Origin: Endomicrobiia bacterium
Lineage (GTDB): Bacteria > Elusimicrobiota > Endomicrobiia > DTEH01
Direction: 5' to 3'
DNA: 64,000 nt
NCBI GenBank assembly: GCA_025059805.1
Contig: JANXDG010000050.1
Location: forward strand, 18,157 to 82,156
The position numbers were made by a program, and so were the translations under genes. Each line of letters begins with the position of its first letter. The first letter of the stretch is position 1. Below are positions 1 to 10,108 of this stretch, piece by piece. The notes under the pieces were generated by a model. The model ran no database searches. It worked only from the letters and a program-made list of their open reading frames with translations, and was not told the origin of the DNA.

Positions 1-358
1 CTTCAGATTCGTCATTAATCGCTTCAACTAATACAGGCACTGCTTTTTTATCACCAATCTGTCCCAACGCTATTGCAGCTTTCTCACGAACATATTTTGA
101 CGGATCTTTCATTAAAAGCATAATTTGTTTCAACGCTTTTTTTTCTCTCATTTTACCTAAAACTTCACAACTTATAGCACGAACAAAAGGATCTTTATCA
201 GATAGTGATTTTATAAGCGCATCTACACTTTTTATCTGTAACGCTGTAATTGTCTGTTGAGATATCTCAGGCTTTGGTACAGATGGTGTTTCAGCTGTCC
301 CAAACCTTATTTTACCTATTTTTCTTATCAGGTTAAAAGGTAATTTAACTCGTATCAT
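1..358 (-). CDS. HEAT/PBS-lyase repeat protein (runs off the window edge)
   Basis: Manual translation from ATG at 358 (GGAGG SD at 361-365): MIRVKLPF...DALIKSLSDKDPFVRAISCEVLGKM...KDPSKYVREKAAIALGQIGDKKAVPVLVEAIND, typical HEAT repeats. Confidence 0.85.
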   Translation of the reverse strand, partial: MIRVKLPFNLIRKIGKIRFGTAETPSVPKPEISQQTITALQIKSVDALIKSLSDKDPFVRAISCEVLGKMREKKALKQIMLLMKDPSKYVREKAAIALGQIGDKKAVPVLVEAINDESE

Positions 359-388
359 ATCCTCCACACCTCCGAATTTGATTTTTCA

Positions 389-1042
389 CTATATTTTTCT
401 AACAAATTTAATGAACGGATTATGCAACTTTTCGTTTTTTAAACTGCAATGTTGCTGATGGCCAGGGAAAAAAATTGTATTATCAGGTAGAGAAAAAATT
501 TTTTTTAATGATTCATCTAGCTGGCTTATATCGCCAGTGGGGAAATCTGTCCTGCCAACAGAACCACAAAATAATGTATCTCCTGTGAACAAATATTTGT
601 CTTCTACATACAGACAGATACTTCCTTTCGTATGGCCTGGAGTATGAATAACTTTAATTTTTTGTTCACCACAAAAAATAATATCATTATCTTTCACTTT
701 TAACCAGTTTATCTTTTCAGCATCACGAATACAGGATTGTCCTAAAAATAAGGATAGATTTTTACTATCATCTAAAATCAAATCAAGTTCGTCCTCGTGT
801 ATCACAACATCCACAGGATAGAAATCTAAAATTTCTTCAAGTGATTTAATATGGTCATAATGCCCGTGAGTTAATACTACATATTGTGGTATAAAATTAT
901 TTTTTTGCAAAAAATTAATTATTGACTTTTCTTCACCACCAGGATCAATTATAATAACCTTCTGCGAAAATTCATCTCTGTAGATATAACAGTTGGTAGC
1001 GAACTCGTTCACCACAAATGTATAAACATTGTCTTGTCTCAT
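389..1042 (-). CDS. Metallo-beta-lactamase fold hydrolase (glyoxalase II-like)
   Basis: THGHYDH, HTPGHT, FTGDTLF and GRTD motifs. Confidence 0.9.
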   Translation of the reverse strand: MRQDNVYTFVVNEFATNCYIYRDEFSQKVIIIDPGGEEKSIINFLQKNNFIPQYVVLTHGHYDHIKSLEEILDFYPVDVVIHEDELDLILDDSKNLSLFLGQSCIRDAEKINWLKVKDNDIIFCGEQKIKVIHTPGHTKGSICLYVEDKYLFTGDTLFCGSVGRTDFPTGDISQLDESLKKIFSLPDNTIFFPGHQQHCSLKNEKLHNPFIKFVRKI

Positions 1043-2211
1043 TTTTTACACTTAGAAAAAACTTTAACTAATATCTTAATTGCAGTATCAACATCATTTT
1101 TTGTTATAATTAATGGTGGTAAAAATCGTAACACTTTTTCTTGTGTAACATTTATCACCAACCCGTGCTTCAAACATTCCTCAACAATATTTCTTGCAGG
1201 AAATGTTAGTTCAACACCTAACATAAGACCAATACCTCTCACATCTTTTATAAAATCATATTCATCTTTTAGTTTACACAAACATTGATAAAAATACTGT
1301 CCTACATCCTGCACTTTCTCTAAAAAAGTTTTGTTATCAATCATTTTTATTACTTCAGCTGCAACCACGCATGCAAGAAGATTCCCTCCAAAAGTTGAAC
1401 CATGGTCACCGTAATTAAATACATCTTCATATTTTTTATCAACAACTGTAACACCTAACGGTATTCCATTAGCTACACTTTTCGCTAAGGTGATAACATC
1501 TGGTTTCACATCATAGTGTTGAAATGCAAAAAGTTTACCAGTTCTACCGAAACCTGTCTGTATTTCGTCAAAGATTAGAAGTATATCATGTTTATCACAT
1601 AGTTTATGCAATTCACAAAGAAAATTTTTATCTGCTGGTATTACACCACCTTCGCCCTGGATCGGTTCTAACATCACTGCAACAGTATTTTTGTTAATTA
1701 ACCTTTTAACAGAGCTAATATTGTTAAACTTAGCATATTTGAAACCTTTAGGTAACGGTCCGAAACCCTTATGGAACTTATCCTGTGCAGTAGCGGTAAG
1801 TGTAGCAAGTGTCCTTCCATGAAAAGAATTTTCAAATGTGATAATTTCATATCTTCCAGTTTTACTGCCATATTTTCTTGCTAACTTTATCGCACATTCG
1901 TTAGCTTCAGCGCCTGAATTTGAAAAAAACACTTTTGACGGAAAAGTACGTTTTATTATTTCCTTAGCAAGAACAACTTGTGGCTGTGAGTAATAAAGGT
2001 TTGAACAATGCCAAAGTGTATCTATTTGTTTTTTTAATACTTTTATTAAATTCTTATCACAATGACCAAGATTCGTTACACTTAAACCTGAAAAAAAATC
2101 TAAATATTTCTTACCGTTTACATCATATAGATACTTACCTTTCCCTGAAACAAATGTTATATTGTACTTTTTGTATGTTTTTAGAAAATATTGTTCAAAC
2201 TTTGATACCAT
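1039..2211 (-). CDS. argD: Acetylornithine aminotransferase
   Basis: NSGAEANE, SFHGRT, EPIQGEGG, DEIQTG and TLAK class III PLP motifs. Confidence 0.9.
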   Translation of the reverse strand: MVSKFEQYFLKTYKKYNITFVSGKGKYLYDVNGKKYLDFFSGLSVTNLGHCDKNLIKVLKKQIDTLWHCSNLYYSQPQVVLAKEIIKRTFPSKVFFSNSGAEANECAIKLARKYGSKTGRYEIITFENSFHGRTLATLTATAQDKFHKGFGPLPKGFKYAKFNNISSVKRLINKNTVAVMLEPIQGEGGVIPADKNFLCELHKLCDKHDILLIFDEIQTGFGRTGKLFAFQHYDVKPDVITLAKSVANGIPLGVTVVDKKYEDVFNYGDHGSTFGGNLLACVVAAEVIKMIDNKTFLEKVQDVGQYFYQCLCKLKDEYDFIKDVRGIGLMLGVELTFPARNIVEECLKHGLVINVTQEKVLRFLPPLIITKNDVDTAIKILVKVFSKCKK

Positions 2212-2226
2212 AAAATTTTCAAGATG

Positions 2227-2300
2227 TGGAGACGAGGGGATTCGAACCCCCGACCTTCCGCGTGCGAGGCGGACGTTCTCCCAAACTGAACTACGTCCCC
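2227..2300 (-). tRNA. tRNA-Ala(CGC)
   Basis: GGGGACG/CGTCTCC acceptor with G3:U70, anticodon loop CT-CGC-AC, GGTTCGAATCC T-arm; CCA not encoded. Confidence 0.95.
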
Positions 2301-2336
2301 ACTTTGTATTAGGCTAAGTTATTAGGTTCAATACAG

Positions 2337-3422
2337 TTATGTTTCTGGTAAAGAAGTTAGAATTTCAACCGCTATCTTTACAACATCAGGGTCAAACCAT
2401 AATCCACTATATTTTTTCAAAAGTTCAACGACATTTTGCTGAGATGTTCCGTTAATTTTTAATTCTTCAATATAGTCAACCACTGATATTATCCGAGCAG
2501 GTAACGGAATCTGAGCACCATTTAAACCCTCCGGATACCCTGTACCATCATAGTGTTCATGGTGATGTTTAATAACAGGAGCTATATTTTTAAGTAAACT
2601 TATTTTACTTACAATCTCTGCACCAATAATAACATGCATTTTTTCTATTCTTGCACGTTCTACTATATCAATTGCATTTTCCATTTCAAAACGTAGTTTT
2701 GACGATAAATATCCAATATCGTGTAATAAAGTACCGAAATAAACTTCCTTGTATTGTTCACTTTTAGGTTCTATGTTTAACTCTTTTGCAATCCTTGTTG
2801 CTAACTGTGTCATTTTCCAGTAACGACCGATATATTTAGGCCGTACGGTTTCTATCGCTGAAACAATAAGTTCTGTAACATTAGCAAAAAAGTTTCGTTG
2901 GTTTTCTGAAAATTTCGCATTAATTATTGTTACCGAAGCAAGCCCTGCTAAACTCTCTAATAATTTTTTATCTTCTTCAGTATAACCTTGTAAATCACGT
3001 TTGTTTAATACTTCAACTACACCTATAACTTCACTGTTACCCTCAGATGTTGTCATTAACATCGGTACTGCAAGTATTGACCTTGTCTTAAACCCACTTT
3101 GTTTATCCACAGAACCTGTAAACCTCGCATCTAGCGAAACATCATTTACAATCTCAGATTTTTTCGTCAAAGCAACATTACCAGCTATACCTTCGCCAAG
3201 TTTTACTTTTATTTTTTTTACTATAGCACCGTGTTCACCACCTGCAGTTTTGAAATATAAATGTTGTTTATCATCATCAACCAACATTATAGAACTTGCT
3301 TCAGAATTTGTTAACCGTTCAGCTGCTTCACCGATACGTTTAAGTAAAACATCTAAGTCTAAAGTTGAAGATAAACTTTTTACAATCTCAAAAATTTCTT
3401 CAAGTTTCTCTATTTCTGTCAT
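2337..3422 (-). CDS. GAF + HD-GYP domain protein (c-di-GMP phosphodiesterase family, partly degenerate)
   Basis: N-terminal GAF (SILAVPM, GVVEVLNK); LLHDIG and HHHEHYDGTGYP. Confidence 0.85.
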   Translation of the reverse strand: MTEIEKLEEIFEIVKSLSSTLDLDVLLKRIGEAAERLTNSEASSIMLVDDDKQHLYFKTAGGEHGAIVKKIKVKLGEGIAGNVALTKKSEIVNDVSLDARFTGSVDKQSGFKTRSILAVPMLMTTSEGNSEVIGVVEVLNKRDLQGYTEEDKKLLESLAGLASVTIINAKFSENQRNFFANVTELIVSAIETVRPKYIGRYWKMTQLATRIAKELNIEPKSEQYKEVYFGTLLHDIGYLSSKLRFEMENAIDIVERARIEKMHVIIGAEIVSKISLLKNIAPVIKHHHEHYDGTGYPEGLNGAQIPLPARIISVVDYIEELKINGTSQQNVVELLKKYSGLWFDPDVVKIAVEILTSLPET

Positions 3423-3449
3423 TGTGTACTCTCCTACTATCTCTAAAAA

Positions 3450-5252
3450 TTACCGTTGACATACAGATAGTACTTCAGAATAAGTTGTTATGCCTTTTGT
3501 AACTTTTATTAACCCGTCAACTAACAATGTCCTCATACCTGTCTTTAACGCAACTTCTCTTATCCTATTTGCTGAAAGTTCTTTCAAACAAAGTTCACGT
3601 AGTTCATCGTTCATAACAAGTAATTCATGCAATGCTGTCCTACCTTTCATTCCTGTATTACCACATTTCCTACAACCAACAGGTTTCATAAATGTTGCAT
3701 TTGAATAGTCTATGTTATACTCTTTAAGTACAGATATTAATTCTTCCGATGGTGAATTATCAGGTTGTTTACAATCATTACATAATGTCCTTACTAACCT
3801 CTGTGCTAAAACACCTTCTAAAGTGTTTGCAATAAGATATGTAGGTACACCCATCTCATACAACCGTGCAACTGCAGAAGGTGCATCGTTAGTATGTAAA
3901 GTTGACAAAACTAGATGTCCTGTCAATGCTGCCTCCATTGCAACCTGTGCAGTTTCCTGATCACGTATCTCGCCTACCATAATTATGTCAGGATCTTGAC
4001 GAAGGAACGCTCTCAACGCCATCGCAAAATCAAATTTTCTATCACCCATTTTTAAATCTGGATTTATCGGCACTTGTACTACGCCGTCAAGTTCGTACTC
4101 CACAGGATTTTCAGCAGTTATTACTTTTTCTTGTGGATCTTTAACTTTTTGCAATGCTGCGGTTAAAGTGAACGATTTACCAGAACCCGTCGGTCCACAA
4201 ACAAGAATTAAACCATATGGACGATTTAATAAATAAACAAATTTTTCCAACGTGTCAGGTAAAAACCCTAATGCTTCCAATGGTAACATCGCTCCAGACC
4301 TATCTAACATACGCATAACTACACTCTCACCATATATTGTCGGAACAACGCTTACTCTAAACTCAAGTGGAACACCTTTTGCTTTCACCTGTAGCCTACC
4401 ATCCTGTGGTATTCTCCGTTCAACAATGTTCATATTACACATAATTTTTATCTTTGATATCAACGCGTTTTTATACATTATAGGAATTTTAAACGAAGCT
4501 TTCCTGAGTAAACCATCAACTCTGTATCTTACAAGAATTTTTTTCTCAAAAGGTTCTATATGAATATCAGACGCTTTCAATCTTACCGCTTCAAGGATCA
4601 AAGCGTTAACAAGTTTCTCAACTTCTGGCGCATCAGGACTTACCTGCATAATATCTGTAATTTCTTCCTTAATCTGCTGTTCCACTGAAACTTCGCTTGA
4701 AACATCTAAACTTGCAAGTAACTCCTGAGTTAGCTCTTTAGCATCTTCAGTAAGTTCTTCATGTGAAACAGCAACTTTAACTGTATCTTTTTCTTCAAAA
4801 CTAACACTTTCTTCATAAGTAGTAGGTGTACCGTATAACTGTTCAATCCTGTCCTTTATATCATCAGGAAGTGCTAAATATGGTACTACTTTAAGTCCTG
4901 TTCTCAACTCTATGTCTTCTATGACAAACAAATCTCTTGGATCTACCATTGCTATAAACAAAAAATCTTCCTCTTTACTGAACGGTACAAGTTTATGCCT
5001 CTTACAAGTTTCTACGGGAACAAATTTTGATACATCAGGATCTATATCTAAATCTTGGAGGTCCACCACTTTTACTTTCCATTCAGACGATATTGTTTTA
5101 AGCAACTTGTGTTTCTCAACAATTTTTTTGTTAACCACATACTGTTGTAATGCTATACCACTGACAGATGCTTCGCTAGAAATCCTATCAATATCAGATT
5201 TTGACAAACCAAACTGTTCAGTTAATATTTCCGCAATAGTTTTCCTTTTCAT
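3450..5252 (-). CDS. pilB: Type IV pilus assembly ATPase, PilB/GspE family
   Basis: ASDIHIEP, PQDGR, GPTGSGKS, LRQDPDIIMVGEIRD, TGHLVLSTLH and Cys4 zinc motif. Confidence 0.9.
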   Translation of the reverse strand: MKRKTIAEILTEQFGLSKSDIDRISSEASVSGIALQQYVVNKKIVEKHKLLKTISSEWKVKVVDLQDLDIDPDVSKFVPVETCKRHKLVPFSKEEDFLFIAMVDPRDLFVIEDIELRTGLKVVPYLALPDDIKDRIEQLYGTPTTYEESVSFEEKDTVKVAVSHEELTEDAKELTQELLASLDVSSEVSVEQQIKEEITDIMQVSPDAPEVEKLVNALILEAVRLKASDIHIEPFEKKILVRYRVDGLLRKASFKIPIMYKNALISKIKIMCNMNIVERRIPQDGRLQVKAKGVPLEFRVSVVPTIYGESVVMRMLDRSGAMLPLEALGFLPDTLEKFVYLLNRPYGLILVCGPTGSGKSFTLTAALQKVKDPQEKVITAENPVEYELDGVVQVPINPDLKMGDRKFDFAMALRAFLRQDPDIIMVGEIRDQETAQVAMEAALTGHLVLSTLHTNDAPSAVARLYEMGVPTYLIANTLEGVLAQRLVRTLCNDCKQPDNSPSEELISVLKEYNIDYSNATFMKPVGCRKCGNTGMKGRTALHELLVMNDELRELCLKELSANRIREVALKTGMRTLLVDGLIKVTKGITTYSEVLSVCQR

Positions 5253-5258
5253 AAGATC

Positions 5259-6482
5259 CTAATTTTTTGAAATTGCACTTATATCTTTCAACCCATGACC
5301 TGTTATCAAAACTACAACTTTTTTGTTCTCTAAAACTCTCCTATGAGTAATACTATATTTTAAAAAACCTGCGAACGATGCTGCAGCTGCAGGTTCCGCA
5401 AATATACCTTCTTTTGACGCTAACAACTTTATTGCTGAAACTATTTCTTTATCTGTCACTTCTACGACATCGCCACAAGATTCAAAAACCGCTTTTATTG
5501 CAGCGTAACCATCACGTGGTAGATCAACACTAATTGAATCCGCTAAAGTCTTTGATTTTACTTTTTTTAGTTTGATTACAGACAACAATTCTGAGAGTTT
5601 ATGTCCACCTTTAAGTTTCTGTTTTATCTCAGAAAAAGTTAAAGATATAGAATTGCTACCGGTTGACTGCACAGCAATAAGTCTCGGCATAACTTTAATT
5701 AAACCACAAAAGTATAGATCTTTAAATCCTTTCCATACACCACTTATAATATTTCCATCACCTACAGGAACAAATATGAAATCTGGAACTTTATTTCCAA
5801 GTTGTTCCCATATTTCTAACGAAACAGTTTTTTTACCTTCCCTTGTGAAAGGATTCACACCTGTGGATCTGTTAAAATAACTCTTATGTTTCTCACAAAG
5901 TTTAAGTACATATTCAAAACATTCATCATAACTACCATTATATTTTATTATCTCAGCACCATAGACTGTAATTTGAACAAGTTTTGCTTCAGGTGCACTA
6001 CGTGGGACAACTATCAACGGTTTTACTCCAACCATTGCTGAAATACATGCTAATGCACAACCTGCGTTACCAGTTGACGCTGTTATAATTTTTTCTTTTT
6101 TATTCTGTAATGCATAAGCTGCAACTACAGCTGAAGCTCTGTCTTTAAGAGAACCTGACGGCAATTTCGTATCATCTTTAAAGAATAACTTCAATCCTTT
6201 TATCCCTAAATTGGGCTGAATATTTATTGATTTAACTAACGGCGTATGGTAAATACAGATTTTGTTTATTACCTCATCTTCCTTCAGTGGTAAAAAAGGA
6301 AGATATTTCCAAATTAAGCCTGCATATTTCCCTGTCGTAGAAAAAAATAAAAATTGTTTAAGAACTTTTATGTAGTCATATAGGACTTCCAGATTGTTCC
6401 CACAGGCAGGACAAGTATATGAAACTTCTGACCTGTCAAACTCTTTTTCGCAAACAATACATTTGAAGAAAAAATTGTTCAT
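5259..6482 (-). CDS. Threonine synthase-like fold-type II PLP enzyme
   Basis: N-terminal CxxC-CxxC, PSGSLKDR (PLP lysine), ASTGNAG, VPVGDG, EPAAA and ITGHGLKD. Confidence 0.8.
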   Translation of the reverse strand: MNNFFFKCIVCEKEFDRSEVSYTCPACGNNLEVLYDYIKVLKQFLFFSTTGKYAGLIWKYLPFLPLKEDEVINKICIYHTPLVKSINIQPNLGIKGLKLFFKDDTKLPSGSLKDRASAVVAAYALQNKKEKIITASTGNAGCALACISAMVGVKPLIVVPRSAPEAKLVQITVYGAEIIKYNGSYDECFEYVLKLCEKHKSYFNRSTGVNPFTREGKKTVSLEIWEQLGNKVPDFIFVPVGDGNIISGVWKGFKDLYFCGLIKVMPRLIAVQSTGSNSISLTFSEIKQKLKGGHKLSELLSVIKLKKVKSKTLADSISVDLPRDGYAAIKAVFESCGDVVEVTDKEIVSAIKLLASKEGIFAEPAAAASFAGFLKYSITHRRVLENKKVVVLITGHGLKDISAISKN

Positions 6483-7433
6483 TTAGTTCTTTACGACTAT
6501 AGTGCCTGATTCACCCAGTACAGCTTGTGGAAGTTTTTCAGGACAGGTTATAACTCCTCTCTTGCCAGTAGAACTAACAAAATCTATCATAGCATCAATC
6601 TTTGGTAACATACTGCCAGGCTTGAAATGTCCCTCAGCACGGTATTTTATTAATTCTTCAATACTAACCTTATCAAGAGCTTTTTGTTGTGGAGTGTTAA
6701 AGTTAAGATATACCTTTTCCACTGCAGTAGAAATTATAAACATATCAGCATTTAAATTTTTTGCAAGCAAACTTGAAGCAAGGTCTTTATCAATTACAGC
6801 TTCTACACCTTTAAGTCCCTGTGGTGTTTCTATCACAGGTATTCCGCCACCACCTACTGCTATTGTTACTATATCATTATTTACCAGTGTTTTTATCACC
6901 TCAAGTTCAACAATACGTAATGGTTTCGGTGAAGGAACAACACGACGCCAACCTCTACCTGCATCTTCTTTCATAATCCAGCCGTCTTTTGACTGTCGTT
7001 CCTTTGCTTGTTCTTCTGTATAAAATGGTCCAATAGGTTTGCTTGGATTCTTAAACGCAGGGTCATCTCTGTCCACTACAACCTGTGTCACTATTGACGC
7101 AACTTCTTTTTTTATACCACGACGGGTAAACTCGTTCCTTAACGCCATTTGAAAATTATAACCTATCGCACCTTGTGTATCAGCATCTATTGAATCAAGG
7201 GGTACTTCATGTAGTATCCCTCGTGAATATTCAGAACGCATAAGTATAAACCCTACCTGTGGACCGTTCCCGTGAGTTATTATAACTCTGTAGCCCTGTT
7301 CTATTATATCAGCAATATATTTCATTGTTTCACAGGCAGCTGCGTACTGGTCAGGTACTGTCATATGTTTCTCATCTTTTATAAGTGAATTACCACCTAC
7401 TGCTATTACTATCAAAGAACCTTTTTGCATCAT
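6483..7433 (-). CDS. arcC: Carbamate kinase
   Basis: AVGGN, THGNGPQVG, KPIGPF, GGGGIPV, AVIDKD and GSMLPK. Confidence 0.95.
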   Translation of the reverse strand: MMQKGSLIVIAVGGNSLIKDEKHMTVPDQYAAACETMKYIADIIEQGYRVIITHGNGPQVGFILMRSEYSRGILHEVPLDSIDADTQGAIGYNFQMALRNEFTRRGIKKEVASIVTQVVVDRDDPAFKNPSKPIGPFYTEEQAKERQSKDGWIMKEDAGRGWRRVVPSPKPLRIVELEVIKTLVNNDIVTIAVGGGGIPVIETPQGLKGVEAVIDKDLASSLLAKNLNADMFIISTAVEKVYLNFNTPQQKALDKVSIEELIKYRAEGHFKPGSMLPKIDAMIDFVSSTGKRGVITCPEKLPQAVLGESGTIVVKN

Positions 7434-7621
7434 TGTAGTTATACCTCATTTCAAAAAGTTTATAAAATCAAAAAGATTTAATAAATAATTGTTAACAACT
7501 TCTTACTCTAGCAATCTGTAATCAATCTATAAAACCAATAAAACTTTGGTAGAACAAAAACTTTCAGAATTTTATCATTACAAGGAATAAATTGTTAACC
7601 TTATTGTAATTATCACCATAA

Positions 7622-8635
7622 TTACGGTCTGCCGCCCATAGTAAGTGCTAAGATTGCTTTCACAGTATGCAACCTATTTTCTGCTTGGTCAAAGACCACT
7701 GACTGCGGACCATCAATTACCGCATCTTCAACTTCGTATCCGCGATCTGCAGGTAACGGATGCATATATATTGCATGTTTTTTTGCAAGTTTCATTCGTC
7801 TCTCAGTACAAACCCAGTCTTTATATTTATTAAGTAAGTCCATGCCAAGTTTTTTCTTTTCTTCTTCAGGCACACCCTGGTCAAACAGGTATTGATGACA
7901 TCCCCAAGATTTAGGATATAAAACATCAGCATCACGGAATGCTTCGTCCATATCATGAACGATTTCAAACTTAACTTTATTTTCTTCAGCAAACCTTTTC
8001 GCCCATTCTACAGTATGTGGCATTAAATAAAATTCTTTAGGATATGCTAAAACCACATCCATACCAAACCTTGGCATAAGCCAGATAAGTCCCTGTGGTA
8101 CTGAAAGTGGCCTTGCGTATGCAGGTGCGTATGTCCAGGAAATAACAAATTTTAACCCTCGTGTATTTTCTCCGAACTTCTCTCTAATTGTCATAAGGTC
8201 AGCAATTGACTGACAAGGATGGTCAACATCGCATTGTAGGTTTATCACGGGTATTGAAGCATACTCAGCTACTTCTTTAATATATTTGTTCCCTATACCA
8301 TAAAAACAGTTTCTTATAGCAATACCATGGCCATAGCGGGATAACACCTGACCTGTATCCTTTGGTGTTTCTCCATGTGAAATCTGCATTTTGTCAGGGG
8401 TGAGGTCGTGAGCGTGGCCACCTAGTTGTGTCATTGCAGCTTCAGTAGAATTTCTTGTTCTTGTTGACTGTTCAAAAAACATCATAAACAATGTCTTATC
8501 TTGCAACAACCTGTGTTCTTCACCTAAAGCAAATTTTATCTTTAGGTACTTTGATACTTCAAGTACTGTCTCAAGTTCTTCTTTTGACCAATCTTTGGTC
8601 TCTATCCAATCTTTCCCCCTTAGCATGGTTTTCAT
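7622..8635 (-). CDS. YgeW-like (knotted) carbamoyltransferase
   Basis: STRT, HPCQ and HPLP, plus YgeW-type segments QISHGET, NLQCDVDHP, WTYAPAYARPLSVPQG and YPKSW. Confidence 0.8.
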   Translation of the reverse strand: MKTMLRGKDWIETKDWSKEELETVLEVSKYLKIKFALGEEHRLLQDKTLFMMFFEQSTRTRNSTEAAMTQLGGHAHDLTPDKMQISHGETPKDTGQVLSRYGHGIAIRNCFYGIGNKYIKEVAEYASIPVINLQCDVDHPCQSIADLMTIREKFGENTRGLKFVISWTYAPAYARPLSVPQGLIWLMPRFGMDVVLAYPKEFYLMPHTVEWAKRFAEENKVKFEIVHDMDEAFRDADVLYPKSWGCHQYLFDQGVPEEEKKKLGMDLLNKYKDWVCTERRMKLAKKHAIYMHPLPADRGYEVEDAVIDGPQSVVFDQAENRLHTVKAILALTMGGRP

Positions 8636-8662
8636 ACTTCATCTACCTCCTCTCAGTCTTTT

Positions 8663-8697
8663 ATTTGTAATATACAAATTATGAATGTGGTATTCAA
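8663..8697 (-). promoter_or_regulatory. Sigma70-type promoter with an overlapping palindromic operator, upstream of the carbamoyltransferase operon
   Basis: Minus-strand TTGAAT-N17-TATATT; inverted repeat ATTTGTA-ATA-TACAAAT (8663-8679) covers the -10; GGAGG SD downstream. Confidence 0.6.
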
Positions 8698-8719
8698 TAA
8701 GCGGGCTATAAACCTATCT

Positions 8720-10054
8720 CTATTTTACTGGATATTCAGATGTGAAACATGCTAAACAAAAATCTTCTTTTTTTAACCCAGTCGCAGATACCATACCGTC
8801 AACAGAAAGATAATATAAAGATGTTACACCTAAAAATTTTCTAATCTCATCTACTGAATAGTTAGCAGCGATAAGTTCTTTCTTTGTCGGTGTGTCTATC
8901 CCATAGATGCAAGATGAAACTATAGGCGAACTGGTAATCCTTAAATGTACTTCTTTTGCACCGGCAAGTTTCAACATTGTGACTAATTTTTTTGAAGTTG
9001 TCCCACGTACAATAGAATCGTCAACAACTATAACTCTTCTATCATTAAGTACTGTCTTAACAGTATTATACTTAATTCTTGCAGAAAAATCTCTTATCTT
9101 CTGTCTTGGTTGGATAAACGTACGTCCTATATAATGATTTCTTATAAACCCAAACTCAAACGGTGTCCCGCTCTCATAAGCATAACCCAACGCTGCAGAA
9201 TTTGCAGAATCTGGCACTGAAATAACAATATCTGCATCTGTAGGGTTTTCTCTAAACAAATTTCTGCCTAACTGTAATCTTACATCATGGACACAACGTC
9301 CCTCTATAAAACTGTCAGGCCTTGAAAAATAAATGTATTCAAAGATACAGAAACTTTTATTATTTTTTTCTGCAAAAAGAAAACTACGCATTCTGCCATC
9401 TTTAAACTCAACTATTTCACCAGGTTCCACTTCGCGAACAAAACTTGCTGAGATTATATCCAGTGCACAAGTTTCAGAAGCAATAATAAAACTTCTTCCA
9501 AGTTTACCAATTACTAACGGACGGAAACCATACGGGTCCCTTATTGCATAAAGTACATTCGGTGTCATTAGTATTAACGAATACGCACCTTTTAGTCGTG
9601 GTAAGGTTTTTTTCAAAACATCAATAAGATTTTTTTCTTTACTATGAGATATTAAATGAAGGATCACCTCAGAATCTGTGGTAGTTTGAAATATAGCACC
9701 AACCTCTTCCAATTTTTTCCTTAGGTATTTTGCATTGACGAGGTTACCATTATGAACCAAAGCTAACAAACCTTTAGAACATTTAACAACAATAGGTTGT
9801 GCATTTTTTATATCAGAAGCACCAAACGTAGAATACCTCGTATGACCTATCGCAATCTTACCTTTTAGTTTTACAAGATCATCTTGTGAAAAAATTTCTT
9901 GTACTTCACCTTCACCGATTTTCGTATAAAACCTGTCACCATCGGAAGAAACTATCCCTGCGGATTCCTGACCACGATGTTGTAACGAATACAAACCAAG
10001 ATATGTAAGTTCAGCTGCATCAGAACAATTGTATACTCCAAATATACCACACAT
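8720..10054 (-). CDS. purF: Amidophosphoribosyltransferase
   Basis: MCGIFG N-terminal nucleophile, QHRGQE, VDDSIVRGTT and Fe-S cysteines. Confidence 0.97.
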   Translation of the reverse strand: MCGIFGVYNCSDAAELTYLGLYSLQHRGQESAGIVSSDGDRFYTKIGEGEVQEIFSQDDLVKLKGKIAIGHTRYSTFGASDIKNAQPIVVKCSKGLLALVHNGNLVNAKYLRKKLEEVGAIFQTTTDSEVILHLISHSKEKNLIDVLKKTLPRLKGAYSLILMTPNVLYAIRDPYGFRPLVIGKLGRSFIIASETCALDIISASFVREVEPGEIVEFKDGRMRSFLFAEKNNKSFCIFEYIYFSRPDSFIEGRCVHDVRLQLGRNLFRENPTDADIVISVPDSANSAALGYAYESGTPFEFGFIRNHYIGRTFIQPRQKIRDFSARIKYNTVKTVLNDRRVIVVDDSIVRGTTSKKLVTMLKLAGAKEVHLRITSSPIVSSCIYGIDTPTKKELIAANYSVDEIRKFLGVTSLYYLSVDGMVSATGLKKEDFCLACFTSEYPVK

Positions 10055-10108
10055 AACTGCTCCTTTTAAGGGTAATATTTATAAACTAGCTTTATAAAAC
10101 ATACTTTT

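Noticed and set aside
7440-7620. 187-bp gap between the carbamoyltransferase and carbamate kinase as a riboswitch or 9-mer repeat
   Set aside because: It shows only weak AT-rich periodicity (tctataaaa/ccaataaaa) and no recognisable aptamer or stable hairpin.
8700-8722. TAGAGATAGGTTTATAGCCCGC at the purF stop as a REP element or terminator
   Set aside because: The pairing is too imperfect and there is no GTAG head or U-tract.
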